DNA of 64,000 bases from Octopus vulgaris (lineage: Eukaryota): assembly GCA_951406725.2 (NCBI GenBank), contig OX597825.1, positions 43,772,001 through 43,836,000 on the forward strand, in the 5' to 3' direction. Under the pieces are notes generated by a model. That model saw only the letters and a program-made list of their open reading frames with translations. It searched no databases and was not told where the DNA came from. How positions within the stretch are numbered: the first letter of the stretch is position 1; every line of letters starts with the position of its first letter. Both the position numbers and the translations under genes were made by a program. Shown here in pieces: positions 40,513 through 55,264 of this stretch.

Positions 40513-40681
40513 TATATATATATTCGTTCTTTATATTACTTGTCATGTTTTCCATGTCTCCTTCGTTCGCATAAAAAAGTTCGTATTCTATATCTTCGTA
40601 TTTCGTATATCATGTTCATTATTTACATTATTTACATTATTTATATTCAACTGATATTTGTTCTCATCTTGTTTGTTGTTA

Positions 40682-40725
40682 ACACAACATTTCGGCTGAT
40701 ATACCCTCCAGCCTTCTTCGGGTGT
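40682..40725 (-). ncRNA. Degenerate minimal type I HHR (extra A after A9)
   Basis: Minus strand reads acac-CcGAAGA-a-ggctg...cagcc-GAAA-tg-TT-gtgt. Confidence 0.5.
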
Positions 40726-40847
40726 AAAGTAAATAATGTAAATAATGTACATAATTCATCATCTCTTAAATATAGAACTGTATTTCATGTTGTTTTCGTA
40801 TTTCATATTGTTTACATTTTATGGCGTCCTGTACTTATATATGCATA

Positions 40848-40891
<44 letters not shown>

Positions 40892-41134
40892 TATATACAT
40901 AATTATGTAAGTATGTGCAGATTTAGTGCATATAAGTAGTCTCTATATATAATTTAAACTTTAATTTCCTTTATATTTAACATTCACTATTAATATCCCT
41001 ACTGTTTCTGTTAGCTACTTATGACGTTATATCATATAACGTTTTTTTAAACAATATTAATAGCGTTCTGTCTATCGCTATACAAATCCATCATTTTTTG
41101 CTAAAATGTCTTATTGACGAGTTTCGTTTTTTTC

Positions 41135-41220
41135 ACTTTCCTGAGGAGAAGATTGCATTGTTTATACCATTTATTCTTTTGAATAGTATCAGTGGAATTT
41201 TCGAAACATGTGTCGAAAGT
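41135..41220 (+). ncRNA. Type I hammerhead ribozyme, canonical core (family E)
   Basis: actttc-CTGAGGA-gaaga...ttttc-GAAA-catgtg-TC-gaaagt. Confidence 0.85.
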
Positions 41221-41262
41221 AAAAATATTTGATTACACCTGCGTTAACTCCATTTTTTTTTA

Positions 41263-41302
<40 letters not shown>

Positions 41303-41982
41303 TATATATATTATTTATATTATTATATGATTGAACGCCACGCATCCATTTCCAAGTAAGTTTATGTTAATAATTCCGATGCGGCTCTATTTTGTACTGT
41401 TTTCTTTCCCTTTCCCATTTCGTTTCCTCTCTCTCTCTCTCTTCCTTTCTCTAATTCTTTTTTCTCTCTTCTCCCCTTTTCGTTTTTTTTTTTACTCTCT
41501 TACCCTTTCTCTAATTCTTTTCCTCTCCCCTTAACCGTTCTCTATCTGTCCCTTCTCTCTTTCTCACTCTTCCTCCTTTACTCTCTCGTTGCTTACATGT
41601 GACCATAGCAGCCCTTACTGTTTGTTTTCACTGTCCTGTTTTTTGTTACCAACTTTAACTCTCAGCAAATCCTAAATTATATTTTGCTTTGCAGGAGCAA
41701 CTGTTTTCTCGAAGGCACATCTTATCGTAATTGCTCGAAATATGGAGTAGATAAACAGCCGACAACTGATGAAGGGTCATTATTTATGTTACTTGTGGTG
41801 TTTTCCACTTGTTTCTTTCATTGTTCGCATAAAAAGTTCGTATTCTATGTTTTCGTATTTCGTATTTCGTATTTCATGTTGTTTACGTTTTATGATGTCC
41901 TGTCCTGCATTTGTATATACATATATATGTAAGTATGTATTTATATATGCATATATATATATTATTTATATTATATATTATT

Positions 41983-42026
<44 letters not shown>

Positions 42027-42128
42027 TTTATTTAAAGCAGCAGAAAATTCAAAATAAAGCATATTACTCTACCACTGGTATATGAGTACTCTTTTTTCCA
42101 CCTTGTTTCACATTTATGTGTTTACTCC

Positions 42129-42189
<61 letters not shown>

Positions 42190-42191
<2 letters not shown>

Positions 42192-42470
42192 CCTCAGGCC
42201 GACCAAAGCTTGGTGAGTGGATTTCGTACACGGAAACTGAAAGTAGACTCTAGACTATCGTATATATGTGTATATTTGTGTGTGTGCGTGCGTGTCTGTG
42301 TGTAAACTCCCCTCTCCCATTGCTTGACAACCGATGCTGCTGTGTTTACGTTCCCATAACTTAACGGTTCGGCAAAAGACGCTGATAGAATAAGTACAAG
42401 GCTTGTTCGACTGAAGGCGGTGCTCCATCATGGCCGCAGTCACATGACTGAAACAAGTAAAACAATAAAA
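42190..42470 (+). mobile_element. SINE family A, 5'-truncated
   Basis: gcctcaggccgaccaaagc...gactgaaacaagtaaa. Confidence 0.8.
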
Positions 42471-42517
42471 AAATGCTATGCCATTTTAACTCCGAGTATC
42501 TCTGCTAGTACATATAT

Positions 42518-42872
42518 ACAGTGTGATTCAAAAGTCGCCATACATAGGAATAATTTATCTTTTTATAAGAAATAATTTATAAGAACAGCTTTTTTTTATT
42601 AAATAGACTCTGTATGGTTACGATTGTTTTGAATACACATTGCAATACGTTTACCCCACTCATTGTGAACTCTTAATAGCACATCTGGTGATAAGTGAGC
42701 AAATGAGTTGGTGATGCGTTCCTTCAAATGATTTATGCCTTTTATCTTTCCGCGATACACCATGCCTTCCAAATACCCCCAAAGATAGAAATTAAAAGGG
42801 GTCAGATCAGGAGATCTAGGGGATTATATAAACTGTTTCTTACAAAAAAATTTTTTTTCCTATGTACCCTGT
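42518..42872 (-). mobile_element. Tc1/mariner-superfamily deletion derivative (transposase C-terminus)
   Basis: Minus strand gives RSPDLTP.NF..WGYLEGMVY...LKERI; termini are TA-cag...ctg-TA. Confidence 0.7.
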
Positions 42873-42878
42873 ATATAC

Positions 42879-42914
<36 letters not shown>

Positions 42915-42930
42915 TAATAGTTAATAAATG

Positions 42931-42996
<66 letters not shown>

Positions 42997-43059
42997 TCAG
43001 ATCACTACTAATCAAAAGACATTACCCAATATCATTAATAAATGATGGCATTAAACGAG

Positions 43060-43610
43060 CTATGGAAATAGATATACGAACATTAAAGGAGACAACCGAA
43101 ATACCAAACTAGACTTTAAAATACTCCCATACATCTCCACACATAACCCTAGAAACAATGAAACCTTCAACATTATCATCCAAAATCTTCCCATCCTCAC
43201 AGGAGATAAAACAATGAACAAAATTTTAGGCTCACACAAAATTATCAAGAGCAAAATGCCACCTAAATCATTGAAAAAAGTTTAAACCAGCGCAAGACTA
43301 CATCCATTAACAACAGAACCAAAAGGAAAAAAATGTGGTCGACCTAACTGTGGTACATGCCCCCACCTTTTGGAGGGTTCAGAATTCCACTTTAAACAAG
43401 GTGAAATATTTAAGATCAAATCAAATTTCGTCTGTGCCTCGGAAAATCTAATCTATGCCATTACATACTTAGGGTGTGGTAATAATTATATTGGCCAAAC
43501 AGGAATATCACTCCGTCGAAGAATTTGTTCTCCACAAAGAACAAATCCGCCACCCACAATACAGACAGATACAGGTTAGTGAACACATAGAAAGGTGTGC
43601 TCGGAATCTT
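43060..43610 (+). mobile_element. Penelope-like element fragment (Neptune-type Cys linker plus GIY-YIG)
   Basis: LPYISTHNP, KCGRPNCGTCP, NLIYAIT..GC...YIGQTG..LRRR and VSEHIERC. Confidence 0.85.
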
Positions 43611-43616
43611 TGTGTG

Positions 43617-43648
<32 letters not shown>

Positions 43649-43799
43649 TGTATGTATGTATGTATGTATGTACGTACGTATGTATGTTTGTATGCATGTA
43701 CGTGTGTGTGTGTGCGTGTGTGTGCTCTTTTTCTCTGTTTAACTTAGAGTAAGTTTTGACGGGCCACCTCCTTGGTATCAAGGTTGTGAAAGATAGCAT

Positions 43800-44460
43800 C
43801 TTGTTTGAACCATGGTCGTTTAAATCTTAAGAAGGTCTTATAGATTTTTATAGTCCTAGATATCGTGATCATTTGTAGCGTATGCATTAAAGATTTTCAT
43901 TCTCTACCCAAGATCCCTAATTTAGCCATACTTTACTCCTGATGGGTTGGTATGTATCCTGTTGCTCCAATAATAATAGGTATGAAGCTGAAAGAGTACT
44001 GGATTTGCAAATTCCTTATCAATAGTCCATAGGCGCCCCCCCCTGTCTAGTAATTTTCAAACCAAATTGGTGCCCAGAGGGCATTTGATTTCCACAACAG
44101 AACATCACTTCTCTTTGTGGTCACACATAACAATATGAAGCCGATTGTTTGGTGGCTGGTTTAAATTTTAAGCTTCACCAATTTTCTTTTGACCTATCGG
44201 TCAACTTCGTCTGTAGGTGTTTTCTTTTTTTGACCCATAGGATCAACTTCGTCTGTAGGTGCTTTCTTTTTGTTATCCTGTTCTAGACTAATCTGACCAT
44301 CTCATCATGCTTCATGGGAAGATATCTGGAAGTCATTCTCTCGCAGTTGATAATAATGTCTTCAGTCTTGGTCTTGGAAGCCAACATTTGTTGTTTGTCA
44401 ACGTTTTCTGCCTCTTGTGGTGTAGGTACTTGATTAAGATTCCTTGTTCTTCGATTGCAT
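43800..44460 (-). mobile_element. RLE-type (R4/NeSL-like) LINE C-terminus relic
   Basis: RYLPMKHD, NR.HIVM.D.KEK.C.VVEI.CP and FIPIIIGATG resemble a PD-(D/E)xK endonuclease region. Confidence 0.6.
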
Positions 44461-44563
44461 GGATGTAGTCTTCGAAGTGGTACACACACACACACACACA
44501 TACACACACAAAAATATGAACATGCGCATGTGTGTGAGTGTGTGTGTATGTATATCTATATAT

Positions 44564-44759
<196 letters not shown>

Positions 44760-44821
44760 GGAATTGACAAAAAAAAGACTAAGACAGGTGTATTAGTTTA
44801 ACGCTCGGGAAGGTGAGAAAG

Positions 44822-44859
44822 TCTTTTACATTTTGGGTCTACGCTCTTCAACAGAAAGG
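44822..44859 (-). ncRNA. HHR family A relic
   Basis: Minus strand reads ccttt-CTGTTGA-a-gagcgtagaccc-aaaa-tg-TA-aaaga; flanks are homologous to 2140-2250. Confidence 0.4.
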
Positions 44860-44917
44860 AACACGTGAAAATATACAGAGAATAAACAACAATGGGAAAA
44901 AGCAGAAAGAACAATAT

Positions 44918-45475
<558 letters not shown>

Positions 45476-45533
45476 CATACATACATACATGCATACATGC
45501 ATACATACATACATACATACATACATACATACA

Positions 45534-45564
<31 letters not shown>

Positions 45565-45749
45565 TTATACATCGAGAGGGAGAAATAAGTGTATGTATGT
45601 TTAATAAGTGTTCCGTAGGTGGTTGTAATCAATTGTACAGCCACCTCCTGATGCGGCGATTATTAATGAAGATAAGTAAGTAAAAGTGTAAAATAGGCTA
45701 TGTCAGTCTACGTTTATCTGTATAGACTGCTGATTATATATTTTTATTG

Positions 45750-46748
45750 GTATCAATGAACTGTGTCCAACCAACCTCAACCCACAGCCTTAAATGAGTT
45801 TGATCTTGAGCAATTGTTGAAAGTCATTAAGATATAGGTTGTTTTTTTTTTTAAGAAAACATAGTGCATATTTAGCCAAATGGAAAGGGAACTTTGTGAT
45901 TGTTTATATGATTTACGAAAGAACTTGTGGTAATTATAAAAAAGTAACTTTACCCGCCCCACCTCCTTATTTTTTTCATTTTGCTCCTCAACAAGCTTTC
46001 CACAGAACACATTCTGTCAAATGTATAATCAAACTGCGAACATTTACATTTTCATCGCATTCACCGAATGTGATCATGATCGAAAATGGCAATGGTCAAC
46101 AGCAATCCAGTTGCAATCACTCTGTCTTTTTAAGACACTATGATGTAATTTGAGGGTAATTTGTCTCATAGCTGTACGTGGTCGGCTGACTACAAAGATT
46201 TGGATGCTTCACAAAACGTAAAACTAAATCTTCCGGGTCAAAGTTTTGCCACATCTGGAAGACATACACATCATCATGTCCACACATGGCTGAGAGTCGA
46301 ATACCTCAAACACAGCTACCATTCCTCGCCATATACTGTGTGTGCAAAATAAGTGCGTGTTTAGGGCATCAAGGGAAGGAGGAAGCACCACAGGAATGGT
46401 AAATGGTTTACGGCACTAAAGAAATCACTTTAAACTTGCTAAAATAATATTCGGGATGCCTTTATCGCTACAAAGTATAAATGCAGATGTGTTACCTAAG
46501 ATTAATTTTGAGGATCTGATCAAAGACTTTGCAATTCAAAAAAGTAGGAGGAAACTTTTCAAATATAAATAAAGTGGAAGTATAAAAAATAAACATTATT
46601 TTCCCTCTTACTGTTTTGTTTCATTCTGAAAAATAAAAATTTATTCTGTGGTTTGTTACTGTTTATATTTTAAATTACATAATTTTTTAATGAGGGCACT
46701 AAAATCTTTTAAGTGCTTAGGGCCTCGACGGGTCTAAATCGCGCACTC
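45750..46748 (+). mobile_element. hAT transposon relic (3' end)
   Basis: The C-terminus INFEDLIKDFAIQKSRRKLF is followed by a GC-rich terminal sequence gcttagggcctc...taaatcgcgcact. Confidence 0.6.
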
Positions 46749-47305
46749 GTCCAGGTTTTGATTTCATCACTCCATCTTCATCTCTGTCGCCCGTGAACCT
46801 GTTCTCCATCTGTCCAGCCTCCGTGGATGTTGTACAAAGCTCTGGTAATGATGCCAAAATATTGTAGTTTTCAGTGACTAAGAACCGTTACTGTTCCGCT
46901 GCTATCTTCTCCAGTAACAAGGTGGACCATATAAATTATGTTGCGTTTACTGTTTAAAGCGCGGATCGTGTTGGTTCTCCCAGACTAGTTGACAATGGAA
47001 AATGTTAAAGTCGGAGGGTTGTTTCCACTGTTAAACTCAAACTCAGGTCTCATCGAGCTTGTCAAGGTTTGGATGTTTCATATCATTGCACAGGAAGTGG
47101 GGAAAATGTTTTAATGAAAGCAGGTTAGAAATCATGTGAGAGAGATTGCAGTTGTAACAGCAGGTTTGAAACTGATAACTTATCCGAAAGTTGGAGTGGA
47201 AAAAGATTATGTTCATGCGATCACTTATTTAATTATTTAACTTATAATTGACGATTGTACAACTTTTTCAGAATACGATATTTTAAGAATTACGTAGCAA
47301 TGTTT

Positions 47306-47342
<37 letters not shown>

Positions 47343-47919
47343 CATACATACATACATACATACATACATACATACATACATACATACATACATACATACA
47401 TACATACATACATACATACATAAAGGCATGCATGCATGCAGACACATATACATACTTACATATAAATGTGTGTGTGTGTGTACGCATGTGTAATTTTATT
47501 CGTTGAGTAGGAAGATCTTAAGATCTTCCTAAGTTGGTTCAAGCCGGCTGATAACAAAGCTTCAAGACTTTTTGAGTGAAAAGAGTTTCTAGAGTTTCTA
47601 AATATGTGATTGAGTTGATGTGTTGGTTGAACTGTGGATGCATACACCCAAGCGTGTGCATCTATTCACATAAGAATCTCAAATGAAGAATTTTTGGAAT
47701 GTCATATAAATCTTCACTGTGCCAATAATAGATTGGATTTGGAGAATCCGCGTTAGTTTCGTTTGCTCTTTTTCCGTGAAACTGAGTATTTCTAGGTTTT
47801 TGTGAAAATTTGTTAGTATGTAACCTTAATGCATCTATTATGATAGTTACAAATGAGGATTCATAGTCAGGGTACAAGAGCTGTATGTATGTATGTATGT
47901 ATGTATGTATGTATGTATG

Positions 47920-47950
<31 letters not shown>

Positions 47951-48074
47951 GTATGTATGCATGCATGCATGCATGCATGTATGTGTGTATGTATGTATGT
48001 ATGTATGCATGCATGTATGTATGCATATATAATAATAATAATAATAATAATTATTATTATTATTATTATTATTG

Positions 48075-48490
48075 AGTGAGAGAGCAGTTCATGCCATCAA
48101 AGTGATACTGGGGTAAAATATACGAAGCCCAATATACCCATCATGACTACCCGTCTGATAAAGGTACACCAGGCACATGCATCACAACCATATGTGCGCG
48201 ACATGGTGATCTCATATCAAGATAAACAGCACATGACCTTGCAGGTGGGGCCCAGTTAGAATTTTCTTCAGGTTGAGTAGCCCATCCCGCTCAAACGGTC
48301 CCTGAATAAGGGTTGTTTAAGGATGTTGAAAGAACCACCCATGTTTCCAGAGGTGAACTATTCAAACCCCAAAGAATCCCTCTCAACACATGGCTATGAT
48401 GCTCCCCCACTACTTCTGCTCGTGATCAGAGATGCACATATCGTCAGCCACTAAGGTACATGCTCAACTGGTTAAGGTCAAACAACTGAC
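48075..48490. mobile_element. About 415-bp non-coding insertion inside a (TAA/ATT)n array
   Basis: A complex, GC-richer segment flanked on both sides by (att)n. Element class is inferred. Confidence 0.55.
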
Positions 48491-48541
<51 letters not shown>

Positions 48542-48558
48542 TATCATTGTTATTATTA

Positions 48559-48631
<73 letters not shown>

Positions 48632-48639
48632 CATTATCA

Positions 48640-48707
<68 letters not shown>

Positions 48708-48708
48708 T
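48490..48708. repeat. (ATT)n microsatellite
   Basis: Read directly from the sequence. Confidence 0.95.
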
Positions 48709-48842
48709 GAAGGATTCCCGGGCGAGTCGATACATGACTCGCTTAGGAAAAAACACTTGCCGATCAAGTGTTTTATATATATCTCTCTGTTGACCTTAAA
48801 ATTGCGGCGACCTCTTTTTATGGATTTCATTTGTATATACAA

Positions 48843-50436
48843 CTAGCATTATGACCCGTCGTTGCCGGGTCATAGTGCTAATGCGTGTATATATGTGTAC
48901 ATATTACATGTACATCTATATATATACATCTACACATAAAATACAAAATATAAAGTTATATCTTGATATCGCTAGTGATAACAATACTCAAAATATATAA
49001 CAGACTGGAATTGTAAGCCCGTCTCTTGCAATTTCGATCAATTGTATCTTGTCCTCCCTCTTGTATAGAAGTGTGGCTACAATTCAGCCTACATCTACTT
49101 CTGGGGGGACATTTTTAATTTTTATCCGGGACGTCCTACGTCCCAGATATAAAGGTAAAAATAAAATATTTCCACTTTGCAAGGTTCGAGTCGAGTACTC
49201 CCTTGCACACTCCGTTGACTCGAACCTTGCTTCTATTGTGGTGAATTTACCGCCTCTGGTTAGATGTCTTTCATAGTCGCCACAAGACACTTTTAGATGG
49301 TGCTTTCCTCCAGGTGTTCAAATCTCTTTTTTTTTTTCTCTACATTGTATACTTTATAGACAATAGTCTTTTCTTTCATTTAATTTTTTATTTCATTTGG
49401 TGGTGTTATCCTAGATTCACCGTCTTTGTCGGGGATCAATCCGAAATAGGTTTGTATTTCTTCCATTTTAATTTCAATGAGTTCGCGCCCGCCGACGGCT
49501 GCAGCGAAATTCATTTTTGGACTTTCTTCTATCGAAGGCATTCTAACAAAAATGCTTCCGTGTAAACGGTGAAAATATTGTCAATTTCCCCAAACAGGGA
49601 CACAATTCAATTTTTAAACAATAACCAAAGCTCCTTCTCCCAAAGGGGGAGGGTTACAGTTTACAATTATTTAACAAATGCAATACAACAACGTTTCCCT
49701 TACAAGGAGCCAACAAACGTGATAACAATAGTTAAACAGTAATAGTAATAACAAATCTTACGTTGAATCAAAAAGCAGTACGCAGTTGAAGCTATAGCCC
49801 TTTATGTATAAGAAATAAACCAACATCAGTACTCAGTAGAAGCGGCTGTTCGAGAATACAGACATTACATACAGCCAAACTTCATATAGATACTTAATGC
49901 TAGCTAATTAGCAGATAAACTAATGTAAAAGCCGTAGTAAACGGTATGTGCACACCTCCATCTGGACTATTCCATTTCTGCACGCTAACTTTATTTTTAA
50001 TTTATTCCCATTCATGTGAAACCACTTATTCAAGTTCAAGTCATTGATGCAATTTTATACCAATTGCTATTTTTACTTTTGTTATGTTAACGATTATATT
50101 ATACTTTAGTTTGATTTTAATTATTACTTACCACATATAATTCAATTGTTATTATTATCTCTAATTGTTATTGTTAAAGTGAAAGTATCTCACATAAAAT
50201 AGAGAAGTGTTTTGTTTCACTTTTAACACGTAATACTGAAATAGAGGAGAAGATATGATATTGCTATGGGCTCGCCCTAGGCAAGAAGTTGAACATTTTT
50301 TTTGCCCATGAAACTACATGGACCCTAAGTAAGGCATGTGTAAAATTTGAATGAAATTGGTTGTGTAGTTCTCAAGTTTTAGGGAAACACAGAGACAGAC
50401 AGACACACACATTCTCAGTTTTATTATATAGAGAGA
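48843..50436 (-). mobile_element. Complete non-autonomous Helitron
   Basis: Minus strand reads A|TCtctctatataataaaac ... gacccg-gcaacga-cgggtc hairpin-ataatg-CTAG|T, with canonical termini, an A|T target and no TSD. Confidence 0.85.
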
Positions 50437-51961
50437 TAACCATGAGGTCATGCTTGACATTGTAAGGAATTTCTTTTAAGCAAAAGACTGATTCTAAATC
50501 GACATTTTTTTTCTCCATAATATAGCGATGCAACTCGAGCACATCAACTTACATTTAAACTATCTAAACTTTAACCTTTGTAATAAACTTGAGATGTATT
50601 TTGCGTGTAGCTAAAGAGACATTGTAGGATAAAATAGCTGATTGTTTCTATGATTTCCTGCTTGTCTATATGTTCTGTCAAATATCATAGATTCATAAGA
50701 TATAGTAAAAGGATCTTTATCGGTTTCAGCGATGATAATTCTATTAGTAGAGTTAACTACACTGCTGACTTAATGCAAATGACTAGATATTGTATGGACA
50801 CCTGAACGATTGTAATTCTCATAAAGAATTAATGCAACAATGCGTGACAAGGTTGACTCTTTGAATTACATATACAATCATTTCGTTGGGTATTCACTGT
50901 TTTCATCTATCCATTAGAGACTGTTGTTCGAAGCTTAATGCCCAAGACTGCGAAGCGAACTTCTTAATCCTTCAGCCATATCTTCTACAATATAAATACA
51001 CGTCAGTAAATACATACGTGTGTGCGAGAGTGTGTATAAGGGAGGGGTGCCAGCCAGGCTTCTTTACCCGTTTGTTTAAAAATACGTATATCATTCGGCA
51101 AGCATTTAATAAATTGTAGGTTTTTAAGTAGATTATTTTAAAGCAAATTGCTTTAACTCAGAAAAGCAAGGGTCGACAATTTATTTCCTCTTTATGATAG
51201 CAATTTTATGAGCATTCATTTTGGTTACTAGGTCAAGGCAAACAACCTACACACTATCACATTCCATCATATCAGATGCGAGATGAAATCACATGCAGAT
51301 GTCCAGCTGTTTGAAAAAAATACTAACCGAAATTTGTTTGGTAGTCTGTTTCTGGATTGATCGACTGCTTACCATATCACAATGGTGATAATATATGAAG
51401 TACATTGACGTCACTTTATCTGACTTTCCAAAACTAAAAATATCATTATCATTAACGTCCTCATCACTGTCGTCATCATCGTTGTCGCAAATATCGCAGT
51501 CGTCATTATCCCCCCCCCTTTCACGACAACCTCCTAAAAACAACAAAACAAAAATCTAATAAACAACTGTAACAGGAATAACAAATCAGCAATCTGTACA
51601 GACAAATAAAATGTGACTAACTGAAATGAAACAGAAACGAACTGCCGGAAAAGCTTATTTATATTGGTAGAGCAAATAGCACAACCATTAATGGTAAACA
51701 GATTTGTTAAGTATGTCGAACTACGACATTTCTTTCTTTTTTTTTATGTATTTCATTTTTGTTTTGGCGGAAGTTTGTAAAGGGAGTTGAGGTCATCAAC
51801 TGAAAATAGAAAGTCAGTGATGTGAAGGTGAAAGCTCAGATGATTACGTAGCAAGCAGATATCTGGGCGGGAAAAAATTCCATTCATAAATTCCACTCCT
51901 TACACACATTTGGATACAAATTCTGTGTTGCTGGCAGACTCACACCGATATACACATATTC

Positions 51962-51993
<32 letters not shown>

Positions 51994-52096
51994 TGTATGT
52001 ATGTATGTATGTATGTATGTATGTATGCATGCATGTATGTATGTATGTATGTATGTATGTATGTATGTATGTATGTGTGTATGTGTGTATGTGTGT

Positions 52097-52136
<40 letters not shown>

Positions 52137-52189
52137 ATGTATGTATGTGTGTATGTGTGTATGTGTGTATGTGTGTGTGTGTGTGTATG

Positions 52190-52228
<39 letters not shown>

Positions 52229-52253
52229 ATGTATGTATGTGTGTATGTGTGTA

Positions 52254-52304
<51 letters not shown>

Positions 52305-52370
52305 ATGTATGTATGTATGTATGTATGTATGTATGCATGCATTGATGCATGCATGCATGCATGCATGTAT

Positions 52371-52781
52371 GGCGCAGGAGTGGCTGTGTGGTAAGTAGCT
52401 TGCCTACCAACCGCATGGTTCTGGGTTCAGTCCCACTGCGTGGCATCTTGGGCAAGTGTCTTCTGCTATAGCCTCGGGCCGACCAAAGCCTTGTGAGTGG
52501 ATTTGGTAGACGGAAACTGAAAGAAGCCTGTCGTATATATGTATATATATATAAGTGTATGTGTTTGTGTGTCTGTGTTTGTTCCCCTAGCATTGCTTGA
52601 CAACCGATGCTGGTGTGTTTACGTCCCCGTCACTTAGCGGTTCGGCAAAAGAGACCGATAGAATAAGTACTGAGCTTACAAAGAATAAGTCCCGGGGTCG
52701 ATTTGCTCGACTAAAGGCGGTGCTCCAGCATGGCCGCAGTCATATGACTGAAACAAGTAAAAAGAGAAAAAAGAGAAAGAG
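52371..52781 (+). mobile_element. Full-length young SINE family A
   Basis: Complete copy with CpGs intact. Confidence 0.9.
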
Positions 52782-53104
52782 TATGTATGTATGTATGTAT
52801 GTATGTATGTATGTATGTATGTACGTACGTACGTACGTACGCACGCACGCACGCACGCACGCACGCATGCATGCATGCATGCATGTATGTATGTATGTAT
52901 GTATGTATGTATGTATGCATGCATGTATGCATGCATGCATGTATGCATGCATGCATGCATGCATGTATGATGTATGTATGTATGTATGTATGTAAGTACG
53001 TACGTACATACGTAAGTATGTATGTATGTATGTATGTATGTATGTATGTATTTATGTATGTATGTATGTATATATGTATTTATGCATGCATGCATGCATG
53101 TATG

Positions 53105-53161
<57 letters not shown>

Positions 53162-53812
53162 TAATAAATAAAATATATGCATACATACAAACATATATGT
53201 ACGTACCGACATCTACATATATATATACATGCATATATAAATATATATATACGTACAGGACATCACAGGAAGACGAAAGAATCAACAGAACGAAAACGGA
53301 AAAGACATTTTGTTACAACAGAAGGACAGAGACGTGGAACAAGACGAAACGAAAACGAAAACGGGAAAAACAATTAAGTGCAGCAGAAAAACGAAGTACA
53401 GGACATTCTGTACAAGGAAAAATCCCTTCATCAGCTGTCGCTAGCAGACACGTGTTTCGAAGGCAGAGACAGAACACGTAAGGTCAAGCTAAGCCTTCCT
53501 ACGAGAGAATTAAAATAAAATAAACTCGTAGTGGGTTAACGAGCAAGAAAAAATGTAACACAAAAAGGGACGTAACAAAGAACTGCACAAAAAAACATAC
53601 AAGAAAAAAATAATACAAAATTAAAGATACATGTACAAGAAAATACATAACGAGAATTAAATTACAATACGAGAAATCAAAAATAAACAAGAGAACAAAC
53701 GAAAAAAACGAACGAATGCCTTTGTTCTGGCTGGGACGAAAAGGTAATTGGTGAGCGCGAGGAAACATGACCTTAGGGCCTGAATGCAACAGGCGCAAAG
53801 GTTTAGCATATA

Positions 53813-54109
53813 TCTTTATCTTTTATCTTTTACTTGTTTCAGTCATTTGACTGCGGCCATGCTGGAACACCGCCTTTAGTCGAGCAAATCGACCCCGTGA
53901 CTTATTCTTTGTAAGCCCAGTACTTATTCTACCGGTCTCTTTTGCCGAACCGCTAAGTGACGGGGACGTAAACACACCAGCATCGGTTGTCAAGCAATGC
54001 TAGGGGGACAAACACAGACACACAAACACACATACATATATACAAATATATACGACAGGCTTCTTTCAGTTTCCGTCTACCAAATTCACTCACAAGGCAT
54101 TGGTCGGCC
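53813..54109 (-). mobile_element. SINE family A, 5'-truncated
   Basis: Near-identical to 39617-39935. Confidence 0.9.
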
Positions 54110-54123
54110 TGATATATATATAT

Positions 54124-54289
54124 AGGAGTTGCTGTGTGGTAAGTAGCTTGTTTACCAACCACATGCTTCTGGGTTCAGTCCTACTGCGTGGTACCTTGGG
54201 CAAGTGTCTTCTACTATAGCCGCGGACAGACCAAAGCCTTGTGAGTGGATTTGGTAGACGGAAACTGAAAGAAGCCCGTCGTATATATG

Positions 54290-54345
<56 letters not shown>

Positions 54346-54576
54346 TGTATGTGTTTGTGCGTCTGTGTTTGTCCCCCTAGCATTGCTTGACAACCGACGC
54401 TGGTGTGTTTATGTCCCCGTTACCTAGCGGTTCGGCAAAAGAGACCGATAGAATAAGTACTGGGCTTACAAAAGAATAAGTCCCGGGGTCGAGTTGCTCG
54501 ATTAAAGGCGGTGCTCCAGCATGGCCGCAGTCAAATGACTGAAACAAGTAAAAGAGTAAAAGATTAAAAGAATAAA

Positions 54577-54579
<3 letters not shown>
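54124..54579 (+). mobile_element. Near full-length SINE family A, head-to-head with the preceding copy
   Basis: aggagttgctgtgtggtaag...gactgaaacaagtaaaagag. Confidence 0.9.
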
Positions 54580-54623
<44 letters not shown>

Positions 54624-54737
54624 GTATGTATATATGTATATATATATGTGTCTGACTGTCTGTCTGTGTGTATGTCTGTATAGACACAGACAGACAGACA
54701 GACAGACAGAAAGACAGACAGACGGATAGAAAGATAA

Positions 54738-54811
<74 letters not shown>

Positions 54812-55130
54812 TGAAATTTCTATGTATATTAAAAAACCATCCAGTGGTTATTAGGAACTGGTATGGATAAGTTTGAAGAAAGACAGAAAACACAAGACTG
54901 AAAAGTAGCGAGTAATAGAATGGGAGTGAGCGACAATATGAAAGATCAAAGAAAGAAAATAGTTTTTTTTTTTTCTTCCCTCACTTCAAAACCACTTCTG
55001 AAGACCCAAGTTAGTTGTTTAAAGTGTGAAGTTATTGACGGACACTGACCAGATGTAGCGTATCTATTTATCTGTGAATATATCTATTTTCATTTATCTA
55101 CACACACTCACACGCACGCACACGCACACG

Positions 55131-55264
<134 letters not shown>

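Noticed and set aside
47500-47880. Possible additional PLE GIY-YIG relic on the minus strand
   Set aside because: It is too degenerate to support from motifs alone.
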